A DNA stretch of 64,000 nt from Eledone cirrhosa (taxonomy: Eukaryota): NCBI GenBank assembly GCA_964016885.1, contig OZ024742.1, forward strand, positions 81,778,001 through 81,842,000, written 5' to 3'. Positions 42,042 through 57,929 of this stretch are shown piece by piece; within the stretch, counting starts at the first letter, position 1; every line of letters starts with the position of its first letter. A program made the translations under genes and the position numbers. A model generated the notes under the pieces. That model had not been told where the DNA came from and searched no databases. It saw only the letters and a list, made by a program, of their open reading frames with translations.

Positions 42042-43188
42042 GTAATAATAATAAATTTGAAGACTAAAATACAAAGGGGGCTCGATAAGGATAAATATAT
42101 ATCAAATATATAATAACCGCAGAGCAAATACTCTACGCCAAAGACCACATCTTAAACAAAAAATCTGAGCCAATTTCGGCTTGTAAATATAAACTGCACA
42201 AAACTTTCCTGTATTACAGCCCCACATTATACCCTAATGGATAGTACGAACTATACGCGGATATTTTACTTCTTGGTGTGGTAGCTAAGTATATCTTATG
42301 TTTATACCATTACTTATTTGTATAGGTAAGTATATATTACCTTTATGTTTTGTGAAGGTACGTATACTTTCTCATACGTATATTTGATTGTATATGTTAT
42401 CGCGTATATATTATTTTTTTCTGTTACATATGCTTTTGGTTATGTGTATACGTGAGGTTTGCGTCTGTGGGAATATGCGGGTTCGTATGTATGTAGGGGG
42501 TGTGTATATGTGTACAATGTGTGTTGATTGACGTACGTCTCCGAACCCATTTACGGGGTTTTGTCTTTCCGTGAAAGTGTTCTCCCCGCTCCACATATGA
42601 CGTATTATCTTCGTTTTTTCCGTTCATTGCCAGAAAACGTCTTTATGAACTACACAATAGAATATTACTCTACGACTTCTTTTATACCATAAACGTAGTT
42701 TTGTCTTTGCGTGTAATTGTTTTTCACCGCCCCAATTAATGACGTATTATATTCGTTTTTTCGCGCTCTTTGCCAGGGAACGTTTCCACGAACCAAAGTA
42801 TCGTCTTCCGGTGCAACGTTTTTTGAAATATTCACTTCTGCGTTCACATATTGACTTTGTTAGTTTCAGAAGATCCCGTTAAGGGTGAAAGCAGCGATTC
42901 TTTGCTTAAATTTTAATCTGTTATTTTAATAAATATATTATATATATATATATTATCGGTGATGAATATCATTCAACAATAATTAATTTGTATGTGGAAT
43001 TTTAAGTGAGACGATGTTCATTGCATCAAAAATTATATTGTTGTATTCTAATTTTTGATTCCATCTGTTCACCAATATAAAGTACTCTAAAGCATTATTA
43101 ACCAACACACACGTACAAATAGAGAAACACAACCATCTTTATATATACAGTGCATATACACATACACACATACACCCACACACACCCA

Positions 43189-43274
<86 letters not shown>

Positions 43275-43287
43275 CACACAAAATATA

Positions 43288-44066
43288 GTACAGCATCATC
43301 GAAACTCTGTTTGCAGCCAAGCTAACGAATGCAATCTCGGTGTGCAGCTAACCACTCAACAGGGTATATTACCCTAGAGTTATAACATCACGTTTAGACA
43401 GCTTTGCAAACTGAAGACAGCGACCGTTAGACGGGTTGCAGTGACCATAGCGACGAAAAAAACTGAACTCAGGATAAAATTTGACTAACCTGGACCGTCG
43501 CGTTGACCTCATACACAACAAATGATATATACCATATGATATACATCACATATAATATATAATATCTCCGCTAGGTTTCTGTAAATCCGAAATCGACAAA
43601 GTCCACTTGCAGGGGTCTGCAAGTTAATGATTTTTAGAATATAGAACAATGAATTTACTTCGTCAACAAGTTTTTCGTTCTCGTCCGCCTGGGTGTGAAT
43701 GCTAGCAGTAAGCACTGTTAGAAGGCACATGGTTTTTCCGAAGGGGTGTAACCCCCGGTTTTGGCGATCAGTTCAAATTTGGAACAAAGGAATATAATTC
43801 CTTTACACAAACAGAATTAAGCACTGAACTAGAAGTTATCAAACAAACATAAACAATTAATCAATCAATAGAATTGTCTAATTAAATAATCAATTAATCG
43901 TTAATTCTAGGAGATAATAATACAGAATTTAGTACAGTATCATCGAAGCTCTGGTTGCAGCCAAGCTAACGAATGCAATCTCTGTGTGCAGCTAAGCACT
44001 CAATAGGGTATATTAACCTAGAGTTATAACATTACGTTTAGACAGCTTTGCAAATTGAAGACAGCT
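43288..44066. repeat. Non-coding element with ~134-bp direct repeats (43288-43421, 43932-44066)
   Basis: Direct comparison; lies between microsatellites. Confidence 0.7.
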
Positions 44067-44068
44067 AC

Positions 44069-44113
<45 letters not shown>

Positions 44114-44164
44114 ATGTATATACACATATATCTATATCTATATATTAAAGGAACGATCGACTTT

Positions 44165-44446
44165 CGTCAAATCGGACCGAGGGAACAATGTTTCCGTTGG
44201 TCTTTCCAATTGCTAATACTATCTATCGGTCGCAACTCCAGGTAGAAGGAGCAAGTGAAATAAAGTTTCTTGATCAAGGACATAACGCATCACCTGGTCC
44301 AGGAATCGAACTCACAACCTTACGATTGCGAATCCAATTCTCTAACCACTCAGCCACATGCCTTCTACCTGGAGTTGCGACCGATAGATAGTATTGGCAA
44401 TTGGAAGGACCAAGGGTTACATTGTTCCCTCGGTCCGATTTGACGT
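44165..44446. repeat. Fold-back (arms 44165-44249 / 44361-44446) enclosing a tRNA-derived SINE head (44250-44362 minus)
   Basis: Minus: A box TGGCTGAGTGG, B box GTTCGATTCC, then ttatgtccttgatcaagaaacttta (typical SINE central-domain start). Confidence 0.75.
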
Positions 44447-44456
44447 AAGTTCCTCA

Positions 44457-44912
<456 letters not shown>

Positions 44913-45463
44913 TTCAGTTTGAACCCTATCCTCTTGACCCTGCCAACCATCAATATTACCAGCAACAGCAATGCACACAGTTATTCTCTATGATGGAGAA
45001 CTCCAAACGAATTTTAGCAAATAGTGATTGTGAACCCAGCCCTGAGGTAGTAGAGTCTTCAGATGATAAAAGCAGCACAATGGCATCATCATCATCAGAC
45101 AATTAAGTTAAATCAAGTATAGTAACAAGTAAAAGTGCTGAAAAAATAGTTGCTGCTTCAAGAGGCAGTCACTCCTTGGTTCCTACGAGTAAAAGTCATG
45201 AAAACTATCTACAGTCAGGCACTGATATTACATTAGTAAGCATTGATATAGATGATGATAAGTTGGCTTATTCTCTAGATACTCTTGCATATCAGAGTTC
45301 TGGATCCACCCTGGAGAAACTAGAAGGAACCAAATAAATATATATTTAAAAAAAAAAAAAAAACTCCAGTTGCATTTTCGATTTCCTCTCTTTTTCTTTA
45401 TACTTTCACTCGTGTAGGACACCTCGGTTTTTTTTTCAATTTGTAAAAAAAACGTCACTTTCT

Positions 45464-45501
<38 letters not shown>

Positions 45502-45667
45502 GGATAACAGGTTATCGTTATAGGCAGTCAACTTAGATGTAATGCAGTTAGAGTACACTGTTTACTGGATAGTATTAACGTGTAGCTTAGTTTGCCTCAA
45601 GAAGACGTTTCCATAGTGATGCTGTGAGTTCGCGGTGATTTCTATGTAGTTTATACTTTGAGTAATA

Positions 45668-46497
45668 ATAATTCAAGAAAAAAGAGTGACATGGTTCGCT
45701 ATACAATAAGGGCTTTATTCACATTGCTGGCAATTGTTTCTTCGATCTGGCAGGTCTAGAGTTCGCTACTCGCCTGATTTTGCATCAATCCATCTCCAAT
45801 ATTTTTGTTTATAACCAGTCGTTTTCATCGGAGCACGCGAAAGTGAAGAATATACACAACATTGGCTTTTATATAGGAGTGGTATTAAACCAGAACAATA
45901 ATATCAATAATAAAATAAAATAACTAGATAGTAAATAGCTAAAATAATAACATCAATATAAGTAAGAAATAGAGTATAATGATGAATCTAGCATTTTAAA
46001 CAAATTGATATGGTACAGATATATGAAATAGACATGTGAAAACTGCTATAGGGTACATTAGGTATAGTGTTAATGTGGCGACGAGATAACAGTAACAACT
46101 AAAATGAACTTGGAGACATGCTGTTGCTGGCAATAAACCGGAGATTTACTTATTGTTTGATAGATAAACATTTTCGTTTTATCAATTTAGTGAGGATGAT
46201 AGTTTTTATGTAGTATTAAGTGTAGTTGTAGATTCGTTTGTTAAGTTGCCTCTACTATAGATGGGGTTGTTAGTTCGAATCAAGGGGGTTTAGTTTTCAC
46301 AGCATCAATACAAATCGTGTATAAATAAGACAGTAATAACAACAATAAAGGTTATAAACAATGTATTGGAGATCGATTGACGCAAAATTAGGCGGGTAGC
46401 GAACTCTGGACCTATCAGATCAAAGAAACAGTTGTCAGCAATGTGAATAAAGCCCTTATTGTATAGCCAACCATGTCACTCTTCTTTCTTGAATTAT
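45668..46497. repeat. Insert with ~150-bp inverted arms (45668-45817 / 46350-46497) and long-stem-II HHR at 45726-45833 (minus)
   Basis: Minus: gct CCGATGA aaacgactgg...ccagatcgaa GAAA caattg CC agc; the right arm retains GAAA cagttg TC agc. Confidence 0.65.
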
Positions 46498-46498
46498 A

Positions 46499-46548
<50 letters not shown>

Positions 46549-46759
46549 TGTATACGTACATACATATATGTATACAGACGTATTATAATAAATGTTAGGT
46601 GAATCCATACGTACATATATATATGTGTGCATGTATGTATATATATATATATGCATACAACTGTACGTCTGTATACATATATGCATGTACGTATACATAC
46701 TTATATTTAAGTAACAGCCGTACTAAGAGTGAGAAATGAAATTTCGTTTCATGTTTTCC

Positions 46760-46851
<92 letters not shown>

Positions 46852-47771
46852 CTGTGTGTGTCTCCATGTGTATCTGCGTCATTAAAAAGTGAAAGTGCAA
46901 ACGTACAGCAGTATACTAACAGATTTCCTTTTAATGCGCCAAAATGAATAATGTTATAAGTTTTGTATTAAATATAACCGGTTTCAAACTGTTATAACAG
47001 TCCTATTAAATTTTAAATATAAAATATCGAAATAATGTTTTTGTTTCCTGTATTCTGTCTGCAGCTTGAATATATTTGAATTTTCTATCGAAATTTCTTC
47101 TTTAATATGTTCTTTATGAAAGTTCCGTCGTGAATTAGGAAGTGGTGTTCAACAGATCATAATTCAATTGAATTAACTTGTTTCGTATTAAAAATGTCCT
47201 TACCGTCCATAATAATCGACCAGATGTCATTTTTTTGATGTGTGGGTTTTGTGTTGATATTATGGTAGGGTTCAATTGTGTCGAAATGTCAGTATTTGGG
47301 GCTTATGTAACTGAAATAAGTTTGAAGTGGATATAAATGTTGTCATTTACCTTGTAATATGTGTGTGTTTGGATGTAACACTTGTATCGAACGAAAGATC
47401 AAAATTATATTGAGGGGTTGCAGATAAATCCATGTATAAAAATATAAATATAAATATATAGGAATAAACATAGTTGAATCAGGACATTTCAATCGGTGCA
47501 CTATTGCTGGATTAAAAGAATACCGATGTTGTCCAATGCTTAAATCCCTTGTGATAAATGTGGAATCCTGTCTTTCCTAAGGAAACCCGATGGAAATTCA
47601 AAGGCTAATACAGTTTGCATAGCTGCTATATACTGCAATGAGTATTGGGCTAAAATTCCAAATGTATATCTTGATATGTGTAAAGGTTAATCACAATGTT
47701 GACATTCCTCTGCTCATGAATATTTGAGTGCAATTAGTCATGTTTACCATCTTCCTTATAATTTTACATAT

Positions 47772-47796
47772 CACTGCTGCTGCTGCTATGGTACTG

Positions 47797-47867
<71 letters not shown>

Positions 47868-47880
47868 ACTGCTACTACTT

Positions 47881-47936
<56 letters not shown>

Positions 47937-47951
47937 GCTGCTGCTGCTCTG

Positions 47952-48011
<60 letters not shown>

Positions 48012-48124
48012 TCTGAGTTCAAATTCCGCCGAGGTTGACTTTGCCTTTCATCCTACGGGGTAGATAAAATAAAGTACCAGTAATGCACTGGGTATTTGCT
48101 GGCCTTGTGCCTAACATAGAAACG

Positions 48125-48157
<33 letters not shown>

Positions 48158-48243
48158 ATTATTATAAGTAGTAGCATTAGTAGTAGTTGTATTAGTAGTA
48201 CTAGTTGTATTAGTAGTACTAGTAGTATTAGTATTAGTAGTAG

Positions 48244-48330
<87 letters not shown>

Positions 48331-48365
48331 CAGCAGTAGTAGTAGTAGTAGTAGTAGTATCATTA
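47772..48365. repeat. (CTA/CTG)n and (ATT/AGT)n microsatellites flanking a SINE at 48012-48125 (+)
   Basis: tctgagttcaaattccgccgaggttgactttgcctttcatcc...ggccttgtgcc..tagaaacgattatt. Confidence 0.85.
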
Positions 48366-48439
48366 TTTTTTTTGCTATTGTTTATTTGCACAGGTATGAT
48401 ATTTTTTTAATAACGGATCATATAAAAACTTCCTAACAT

Positions 48440-50860
48440 ATTATGTAACCTTAGATTTCACAGGATTATTACCGTTCACAAAATATGTCGTTTATTGCGA
48501 TATCTTAAGTATGCCACTGATTCTAATACCATGAACATCCTACTTTTACTCCCTTCCTTTATTTTCAACTTGAGCGTGTCATTCCATACGATTCCTTGTC
48601 CTCGATTTCTCAGCCATCAGTATATCTTTGTAATTCTCTTTACTTCCAATGTTTTCAGTGTATAGGCATCTGCTTTTGGCAACGTCTTAAAAGTAATTCC
48701 TCAGTACTGGCTAAATACGTGTCTAAAGAGCTACATTCTTTACCCTCGCAATATTTCACACTTACCAATCCCCGATCACTTACATTCCGTTGTGTGCATA
48801 GCCTTATGCATTTGGCCTTTGGGTGTAATGAACCATTGAAAACCATATGCTGTTCCGTTAGCTTATCCATCTTCAATATTTCTTCTGTCATCTAATTCAA
48901 AAATCAGCAATATAGTTAATAACTGACAGAAACCACACAATGATAGTGGTAATTAAGTTATTTCCATTCAATTTCGTTTTCAGTAGCATTTTTATCCTAT
49001 TTAGATACACTATCTTCACATTTCCTTTCTTCTGCTTATTTAGAAATTAGTCAAATAATAAAAGTTGATGATATTTGTGTCCACAGTACTCAGGATACCC
49101 CATCGACTCCCCATCAAATAACACAAACCCACCACTATCAATCTTATTAGTCCAGGTTCTGCACATTGCAATAGCTAACCCCATCCATATACCCCTGCAA
49201 TACCAGAGGATAGTTTTGACCAATAAGACATTCCTGCCAAAGAGATGCAGATAATCCATGAAAAGTATATAGTTGATCTTTGGTCCACGCTCTTCCAGTC
49301 AATAGCCAATGTCGGTATCTCATAAGGGCATTGAGTGTTCGAACATGGCAATCACAAAGAGCAATGTCGAGAAGGAATCTCCTTGGAATATTTCTCATCG
49401 TATATTGACGACACCAAGGTGTATATTTCCACAAAGGCATGCTAGACTCCATCACATTAATAACACAGCCTGATATACGAAACAGTTTCAATCAATCCAA
49501 TAACAATCAATGTGTTATCATGTTAAAGAATTTCTTAATATCTATCGAAGCCATGCCTAAATTCTTTAGGCTTCATTTATTTTAGTCATGGTCACTTTGT
49601 TTATAGCATGATGGTATTTAGGTCCATGGAAACGTTTCATATAGCCCTTTCTTTTCGAGAGGCAGCATCTCATTCTGAAGCAAATGATCATGCACCTTTG
49701 CAGCAAGGATGCGAGTCATAAGTGTCCAAAACAACTTCATGCAAGCATCAACCCGTAATGTCCACCTAACAAGCATTTCGTTTTATCCCTCATTATCAAT
49801 GTTGTATTCCCTTCATCCATCGAACTTGAAAATTATCCTTGTACTACACAATCATATTAGCGCTTCCCTAGCCTTGAATAAACAATGTTTGAATCATTTC
49901 AACTGGAATCACGTCCAGATTTCCAGTTTTGCCTGTTCCTAACTTGCGCTTGAACGTCTTCCTTTGAAATTCATTCCCATCTCTGTTTTGGTTCATCAGA
50001 TAACTACTACTCAAATTCATTAATCCACCTCATATATTTGCTCTACTCTTTTAGATTTCCCATAGATTCATATAAAATTGTAAGAATTGTTTACACTAGG
50101 TGCAACATCTGCATCATTTTCCTTTGCCATTTTTCTAAAGAACATTTAGTCGTTTGTAGAGAAAATCTGTTCTATTTGTATTGTTTTTGTCTATTTGTAT
50201 AGCACCTAACTCATTTATGGTTTGCCTTAATTCGCTGCTTCACTACTTCCATCACTACATTCAAACGTTTTAATTTTGTTTTACACATCATATCCATGCG
50301 TCGTTTCTCCTTTGGTGTGGGCTTTTCTTTCAATTTTACTCTCTGCCATGCATGTATATTCCATATGTCTTTTCTTAGATGTGTTATATCACCCTCCCAT
50401 ATTATGCTCCATCATAATTTCTTACATTTATTCCTTTCTCTTTGATTTATAATTTATCGATCACCCATTAGAAGCCCGACAGTGCTAGGTTTCTGATGCG
50501 TAATACCATCGGTTTCGATGTATATAATTACATGGTTTACTCTGGCTGTTGCAGTTGCTAAAATAACTCTCTATATTTCTTCAATTCAGCAGCGCCTTAA
50601 TCCATAATCATTAAAGAAAGCTCTAAATCTTGTGATGATCAATCTTCTTTATTTATCTTCTTCATTTTCATTTTTCTTCAAACTTCCGACGTCCATATCA
50701 TTAGTCACATGATTACACCACCCCTCCACATTTAGTCATTCTTTGTTTTCTCACTTGTCAACAATTTGGTAGGCAAATTCTTCCACAATTGATTCATTAT
50801 GAGCTCTGTTTCCCACTTTTCAGCATTCAGCCTAATTCCGTTAGAGAGTGTACACTTTTA
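48440..50860 (-). mobile_element. Decayed R4/Dong-like (RLE-type) non-LTR retrotransposon
   Basis: Minus ORF 48655-48891 TEEILKMDKLT..GSLHPKA..RLCTQRN..DRGL.S (cf. LDRKTRK..LHPKAD..RLY.PR..GGRGL); RT remnant IFQGDSFS at ~49390. Confidence 0.7.
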
Positions 50861-51779
50861 CTCTACGACATAATTTACCTATGGAGGAATTCATACACAC
50901 TAGGCAAACAGATGAAATATATACAAAAATCGTTCTACCCGATGCTTTAACAATTCCATCAATCCACTACTCATAATTGATATATGATTTTTTTAACCGT
51001 GAATGGATGAAAAGTAAAGTTGCCATCAACTGAACTGGAACAGGAAATGATGACTAGTGAAACAAATTCTACAAGTCAGTTTCTACCGGGTGTTATTGAT
51101 TTTGCAATAGATTATTATCTAAGAAATGCTACGCTGAACCCTAAAGTAAATAATATTGACGAAAATAATGCAAAGTTTATTTGTTTGGCATTGTGTTGTT
51201 TTCACAAAACCACAATGCTAATTACTTAGAAGAAAAAAAAATGTTGAAGATATAGAGTATTTAAGTAATAGATGTTCATTCTTCCTAATTTCGATTGTTT
51301 ATTTTTCATTATCTAATTCAATACGTATTTAATATTCATGTTTTAAAATATATTTCTCGACCTTCCACTTGTCAAATCATGAGATTAATTATGTATTTCA
51401 CGTATGTGAACATTTTAATCTAATAAGTTTAATTTTATTCATAAAACTATCGAATTACTGAAGTCATGAATTTCTGTACGAAACATTGTATTTACATTTT
51501 TTTACAATTATCTGCTAGCTAAATATGAGTTATTAACATAACATTTCATTTTATGAACTAAGGAAATTATTTTTACGTTATTAGCATGTAAAACAATGTC
51601 GTTCGTCAATGTTTCTTCAAAACCAGAAATAATCATTTTTTTTCTGTATTGGATTGAAAAAAAAAAAGTTTTGTATCAATTTGTTCTGACGCGGAACCAT
51701 TCGTAAGGATAATAGTATTCATTTTATTTAAAACATTTTGGTTAGCTACTGAAAAATATGTAATTATATACGTCACAGT

Positions 51780-52260
51780 CACGCTGTTACAGCGCTGTCT
51801 GTCCCCCACGGCATCTTACTCTAAATGAGAACTTAAAGCTGGCCTGGACGCAGCTTCAGTCATCGGGGCTGGACGAGGGCACGGCAAATAGCTTGATGTC
51901 ATAACAATCTTCCCGTTCTGCGGGAGTAGTCTCTTCATCTGGGATGCTACATGTTGTGACACCTTCTCCAGCGATAACCTGGTGTGTTCGGCTACTAGCA
52001 CATCTCTGCTGTTCACCAGCCCAAAGAGAGCAAACTGTGCAAGAATTGCTACTGGAAGAGCCTTTAGCAGTGTAGACTTCCGGCGTTCTTGGACCCCGGA
52101 CCTCATCCTTGTTCACTGATATCAGAACGAACTTGGCTGCTTGCAGGTTAGAGTCCCACGATTTAAACTGGCTGTACCAACGCGTCTTCCAACGTCTTCT
52201 GGGGTAATGCATTTTCCATACTCTCGGTCGGTAGCGTGTGGAGGAAGGTAAGGAGAAGGA
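51780..52260 (-). mobile_element. GC-richer insert, possibly a LINE ORF1 fragment
   Basis: Compositional break; TLLKALPVAILAQFALFGLV loosely resembles an ORF1 RRM; weak. Confidence 0.25.
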
Positions 52261-53202
52261 AATTCGTTTGTTTGTCACACACATACACACATACATAAAA
52301 TAGACAAAAAGAAACACTATTTTCAATAATTAAATTTCAACGAAATGGTCAAAAAAAAAAAAAAAACAACAAATGGTCGCCCTCCCATTTATATTTTAAA
52401 TCTTCTAATATTGCAATAATTTCGGAGAGTACGGATAGTAAATTAGAGGCGGATCATTGAGTCAGTATTGCCAATAAATGAGTAACCGTAATTCGAAATT
52501 GTTCCGCCTACTTCTGTATGATGATGTATATGTAATTATTGGTGGATGTAGGCGTTGTCGATTGAATGACAATTCCGGGCATACTCTCATGAGAGTAGGC
52601 ATTCGATTTCAATGCCTCTCATTTTGGGTGAGTATATTTTATCATAGCATCAACCTGCTTTAAATATTAGTGTATATAGGAGAGATGAAACCGTACTGCA
52701 TTTTAACAGAATTTATTACATCTATTCATTCTTCCCGATGATTAAGTTATGGCTAGAATGTTATGTAAACAACTGGGCCAAATACTCTATAATTCCATTA
52801 TTATGTAGTTGAGCTAACTGAACATTACAATAATCATTGTCGAAAACAACCAACTTATATATACGTATGGATTCTATCAACACGTCTTTGGGTTTTACGC
52901 TGAATTATGTGCTTTCCCAGATTTCCAGATAGGATGAAATCATATCATTCATACAGCTAATGCAGTATTTTTCCTCACCACCTAAAGCAATAGGATTGAT
53001 AACAAGTAATTATGATGAGTTATTAATTGCTCACAGCATTACATATATTGAACGACCGAGGGCTACGTGTCTTTGTTGAGATAAAATATTTTTTAAATGT
53101 GTGAAAAGGGAGAATAAGCGACGTTCTAACATTGTTGTCAAAATAATTGACAATTTTAGCTGATTCTCTAATATCATAAAGGTGGAAAATTGTCATTATT
53201 AT

Positions 53203-53645
53203 CAGAGCGGTGGATTGGCAGTATCGGTAGAGGGTCGGGCGCCATGCTTTGAAGCATCGAGTTACCTCCCTTTATGCTCTGAGTTCAAATCCCGCCGAGG
53301 TTAAATTTGCCTTTCATCCTTACGGGGTCGATAAAATAAAGTACCAGTAATGAACTGGGATAATTGCTGGCCTGGTGCCAAAAGTAGAAACAATTATTAT
53401 TAGAGCGTCGCCATGCTTTGTCGCATAGAGTTACGGCCCTTTGACGCATACAGTTACGGCCCATAGAGTTACGGTAAGTACCAGTAATGCACTGTGTAAT
53501 TGCTGGCCTTGTGCCAAAAGTAGAAACCATTATTAGAGCGTCGGATAGAATGTATTACGGCATTCGTTTCGGCTTTCTGCTCAAATTCCGTCGAGGTCAA
53601 CTTAGCCTTTCATCCATTTGAGGTCGGTAAAAATAGTACCAGTCT
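53203..53645 (+). mobile_element. Cluster of Octopus-type SINEs (full copy 53203-53401 plus rearranged partial copies)
   Basis: gcggtggattggcagtatcggtagag (A-box-like head), gagttcaaatcc (B box), tttgcctttcatccttacggggtcgataaaataaagtacc. Confidence 0.8.
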
Positions 53646-54290
53646 TTCCTATACATCTTCTTACTCCTCCTTCCTCAATATATCTACATCTTCGCTGGCA
53701 GAAATCTGCTGTATTCTTATCAGGAGCAGCCTTACGACACAATCAGTAGTTACAGTAACATACCATACCCCCCCCCCCCCCCATTGTCATACTGCCAAAG
53801 TATTGAACATGTTTTACAAGAATTAACGAAATTCTCTCATTCTAATTAGTTGCAATACGTAGTTTTATTGAACATTTTGAACATATTGAAACATTAGCAG
53901 ACACTACTTTGACGAAGCAATGTTTTTCTCTTTATAACAAAATACGCAGTAATTATTTAATATTCAGGGTAGGATCTGTAAAATATTTATCGATAGAATA
54001 ATGTTTGAAATTTAATTATGAACTGTAATTGTGCGAAATTGCAGGAAGCGTATTTGAAATTTGAAGGAAATAAATATAGTTTTCTATATTCTATTCATTT
54101 GCTATAGCGATGAATTATTGAGGCCACGCTAAAAGCGATAACGTGTAAATAATAGATATATTAAATTAAACACGCAAACCGACATGGATCAAAATCTAAA
54201 TAGATTAGTGTCTGATAGATACTTATCAAATAAATCTTACGGTATATACGATTGAAAGAATACACACCCAATGTATTAATTAATATAAAC

Positions 54291-54335
<45 letters not shown>

Positions 54336-57305
54336 ATATGAAATGATAGTTGATAATAACATTGAAATAATGAGTGTCTGCATAATTAATACTTTGTAGA
54401 TAGCAGCTGTTTTCAGGTTATATAACTGTTATTGAAACACGTGTCAATAAATTCCTATTAACTGAACTGTATCCATTTAAATCCTTCTATTTTCTCCGGA
54501 TTACTCTTGAAACTACAACTGGAACCGTCGAGCAAACTCTACTTGAGCTGTCCATCTACTGTGTGTAATATTCATATTACAACACTACGGACAATACTAT
54601 ATATTTACCTCCTGTAAAGTTGAGCAACCCACACAGGAAATGTAACCACAACAATGGAAAAGCACTACCTGGATATGTCACTCAAAAACATACCAACCCA
54701 AGGTAAGAAGGAATACTTATTGAGTATGATACAAAAAACAAATGAATTCATTCGACGTGTCAGGTGGAAAACGCTCCACTATGATAGAAGCCGTATGGAC
54801 TCACCATCAGAAAGTGGTGTAAACAATAAATTTGGTTTTAGAACGTGTAAAAACCCACCCACTAACCCACTATTAGATGCATTTGAGTAGGACCTTATGG
54901 ACTTAATCCTTAAAATTAAATTCAAAGGAGGTAACACCAACAACAAACTGCAGAAAGATATTAAAAAACTATTGGACGACCTTAAAAACACCAAAGGAAT
55001 TGTAGTAAAAGCGGACAAAACATCTAACCTGTATACTATGGACTGCACTACATACAACAACTTCATTCGAAAAGAATTACATAAAAATATAGAAAAACGA
55101 GTGCAGTAGCCCTTAAGCACATCAATGATTAGGCATGCGAAATAGTGAAAAATCTCGGAATCGAAGATAGGACAGGACCACTCGTACCGGCGGTACCCAC
55201 CTTCAATCTTAAGGACCATAAGGTAAACTTTGATAATGACCCTAAAATTAGATTAATCTGCCCCTCTAAATCAGATATAGGTAAAATAAGCAAATATATC
55301 TTAGATAGAATCATCCCCCAAATTAAGGCTAAGGTTAACATTAAACTCTGGGGAAAGACCCCAGAAGCAATAAGATGGTTTAATAGCATTAGCAATAAGA
55401 ATAAATCTAAGTTTATCCAGTTTGATATCGACGAATATTACTCATCGATATCACCTGAAACTCTGAATAGAGCCATTAAGTTTGCTAAGGATAACTCTGA
55501 CCTTACAAACGAAGAAATTAAGATTATATTAGAAGCTAGGAAAACTATAGTCAAATTTGAGAACAGTTATTGGGTTCGTAAAGATAGACCCTCCAACTTT
55601 GACATAACAATGGGCTCTAAGGATTCAGCGGAAATAACTGATATTGTGGGGTTATTTATCGCCTTTAGACTCCAGTAAAAATTCAATAATCTCCACGGTG
55701 GAATATACCGCGACGATGCTCTCCTCCTAGTTAAAAACCTAAATAACCAAAAACTAGAAAAACTACGCAAAGAAATAAGAAAACTACTACATGAAATAGG
55801 ACTAACTATAACATATGAATAGAACCTTAAAGTAGTTAACTTCCTGGATGTCACACTCAATTTAAACTCTGGTCTGATTCAACCGTTTCATAAATTGAAT
55901 GAAAATCTCAAGTACGTAAATGTTGGGTCTAACCACCCCATCTCTATAATTAAATCTATCCCTAAAAATATTTCCCTTAGAATCTCGGGTCTATCTTCTA
56001 ACATACACGTATTTAAGGTACACGCTGAGTACTACGATAACGCCCTTAGTAAAGCAGGCTACCTCAACATAATAGAGTATATAGATGAAAACAATCAAAA
56101 CACCCAAAATAAATCCCACATAGGTAGATATAATAACACAACACCAAACCACACTTACTACCATAGCATACACACCAGTAAAGCAACAAACAAAACTAAT
56201 AGAAAGCGTTGCAAAGAGTACTTATGGTATAACCCTAAATACAATAGTTCCATTAGTACAAATTTACCAGTCCTCTTCTTTAAAATAGTTAAGAAACATT
56301 TTCCTACGTCACACAAATACCACAAAATCCTAAACCCTACCACTATAAGACTGTCATACTCTACAGCGTTAAACCTTGAACAACACATAAAAAAGATCAA
56401 TACTAGAAGGTTAAACGAAAACACTGAAAACTTAAGAACAAAGAACACAAAAAAAACAGTAGACAATACACTACAGAACATAAATAAACCACACCTAAGT
56501 TCGTCGCAATACAACTCCAGAGTAAACCTAACTACAAAACCAACGTACACAATTGTAACTGCACCTATCCTGACAATTGCCCCCTCGGCAATAACTGCCT
56601 TGAAAAAATATTATTTATAAGTGTACCATTAAATCCGGAGGCAACGAATGGTATTACGTGGGATCAACGCCAACATCGTGTAAATCTCGATTATATAGGC
56701 ATTCTTACTCCATAAAACACCAGAGCCAAAGAAATGTAACAACTTTAGCAGAAAAAGCTTGGACACTCAGGGATAGCGATCAAAAGTTTACCCTAAAATG
56801 GGAGAAATTAGCTAAAACCCAAATCTTTTCCAGGAGCCAACATTTCTGCAAATTCTGTAATCTTGAGATTTATTACATAATCACACACAAGAAGAAATTG
56901 CTTAATAACAGAATTGAACGAACATTATTCTGCCGTCACCGAACTAAAACCCTTTTTTCCCACTACAAGCTGAATATTACATAAACGAGGGACATCCTCC
57001 CAACTATATAAATCCTCAATCTAGTTAGAAAAATATAAAAACAATCTTTTCTCAACATATATATGTACTATTAATAACATTAAATTATCACACTAATAAT
57101 GGATAAATATGGTGGTGAGAATAAGTGCGAATATGCTATAATGAATGTGTCTAAAAGCGACCATATGTATGTATATATGTGAAAATGTATATAAATAAGT
57201 AAATAAGTGGGTGAATGTATATAAATAAGTAAATAAGTGGGTGAATGTATATATATATATGTTTGATGTGTATAATTAAATGTATGTGTATTCATGTATA
57301 AGAGT

Positions 57306-57388
<83 letters not shown>

Positions 57389-57929
57389 CACATAGACAGG
57401 AACATGTATGTATATATGTGTGTGTCTATACGTGTGTATATAAAGATAAGTTGAGTATGAAAGTGTATATACATGAATGCGTATGTATGTAGATATATAT
57501 ATGTATATATATATGTATATATGTGCGGGTATATATGTATGTAAGTATGAGCATGTAAGTATGTGTATGTGAATGTATGTATTTTGTAGAGGTGTGCATA
57601 TATGTTTGTATGTGAATGTGTGGGCGAACGGATACGTACACTTAAAAGAAAAATTCAAGTCTGTATGTGAATTAAGTGCAAACACAAAACCAACAATGCA
57701 AAGCTTTACTATCTCTAATCCTTCTATAGATTTAGAAAAAAATAACCAATGCCAAATAATGTATTCTATAAAAATGTCAAAACAACAGATGGGAATTTAA
57801 TTACTCACTGCTACCAAAACTGTATCTCTGCTATCAAAAATGTCTATCCACACCCTTAACTATTCTTCTAACAACTTCACCCCTCCCTCTTAATATTCTC
57901 TATAAAAACCAATCAAGTTCTCAATGGCC

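Larger units (their letters stand above)
47400..53110 (+). pseudogene. Decayed TLR-like remnant D in three pieces (47400-47720 LRR; 50900-51780 LRR; 52380-53110 TM/TIR), interrupted by SINE, R4-like LINE and another insert
   Basis: 47536: MLKSLVINVESCLS*GNPMEIQ; 51549: FYELRKLFLRY; 52902: ELCAFPDFQIG*NHIIHTANAV; 52981: PKAIGLITSNY..LLIAHSITYIERP..LC*DKI (cf. TIR LCxxxRDFxxG, KxIxVLSxxY, TYxEWP, FWxKL). Confidence 0.6.

Noticed and set aside
42190-42900. Possible DNA transposon with internal imperfect repeats (42540-42660 / 42690-42800)
   Set aside because: No TIR, TSD or Helitron ends identified.
44290-44362. tRNA gene
   Set aside because: No proper acceptor stem and it continues into SINE body sequence; annotated as a SINE head.
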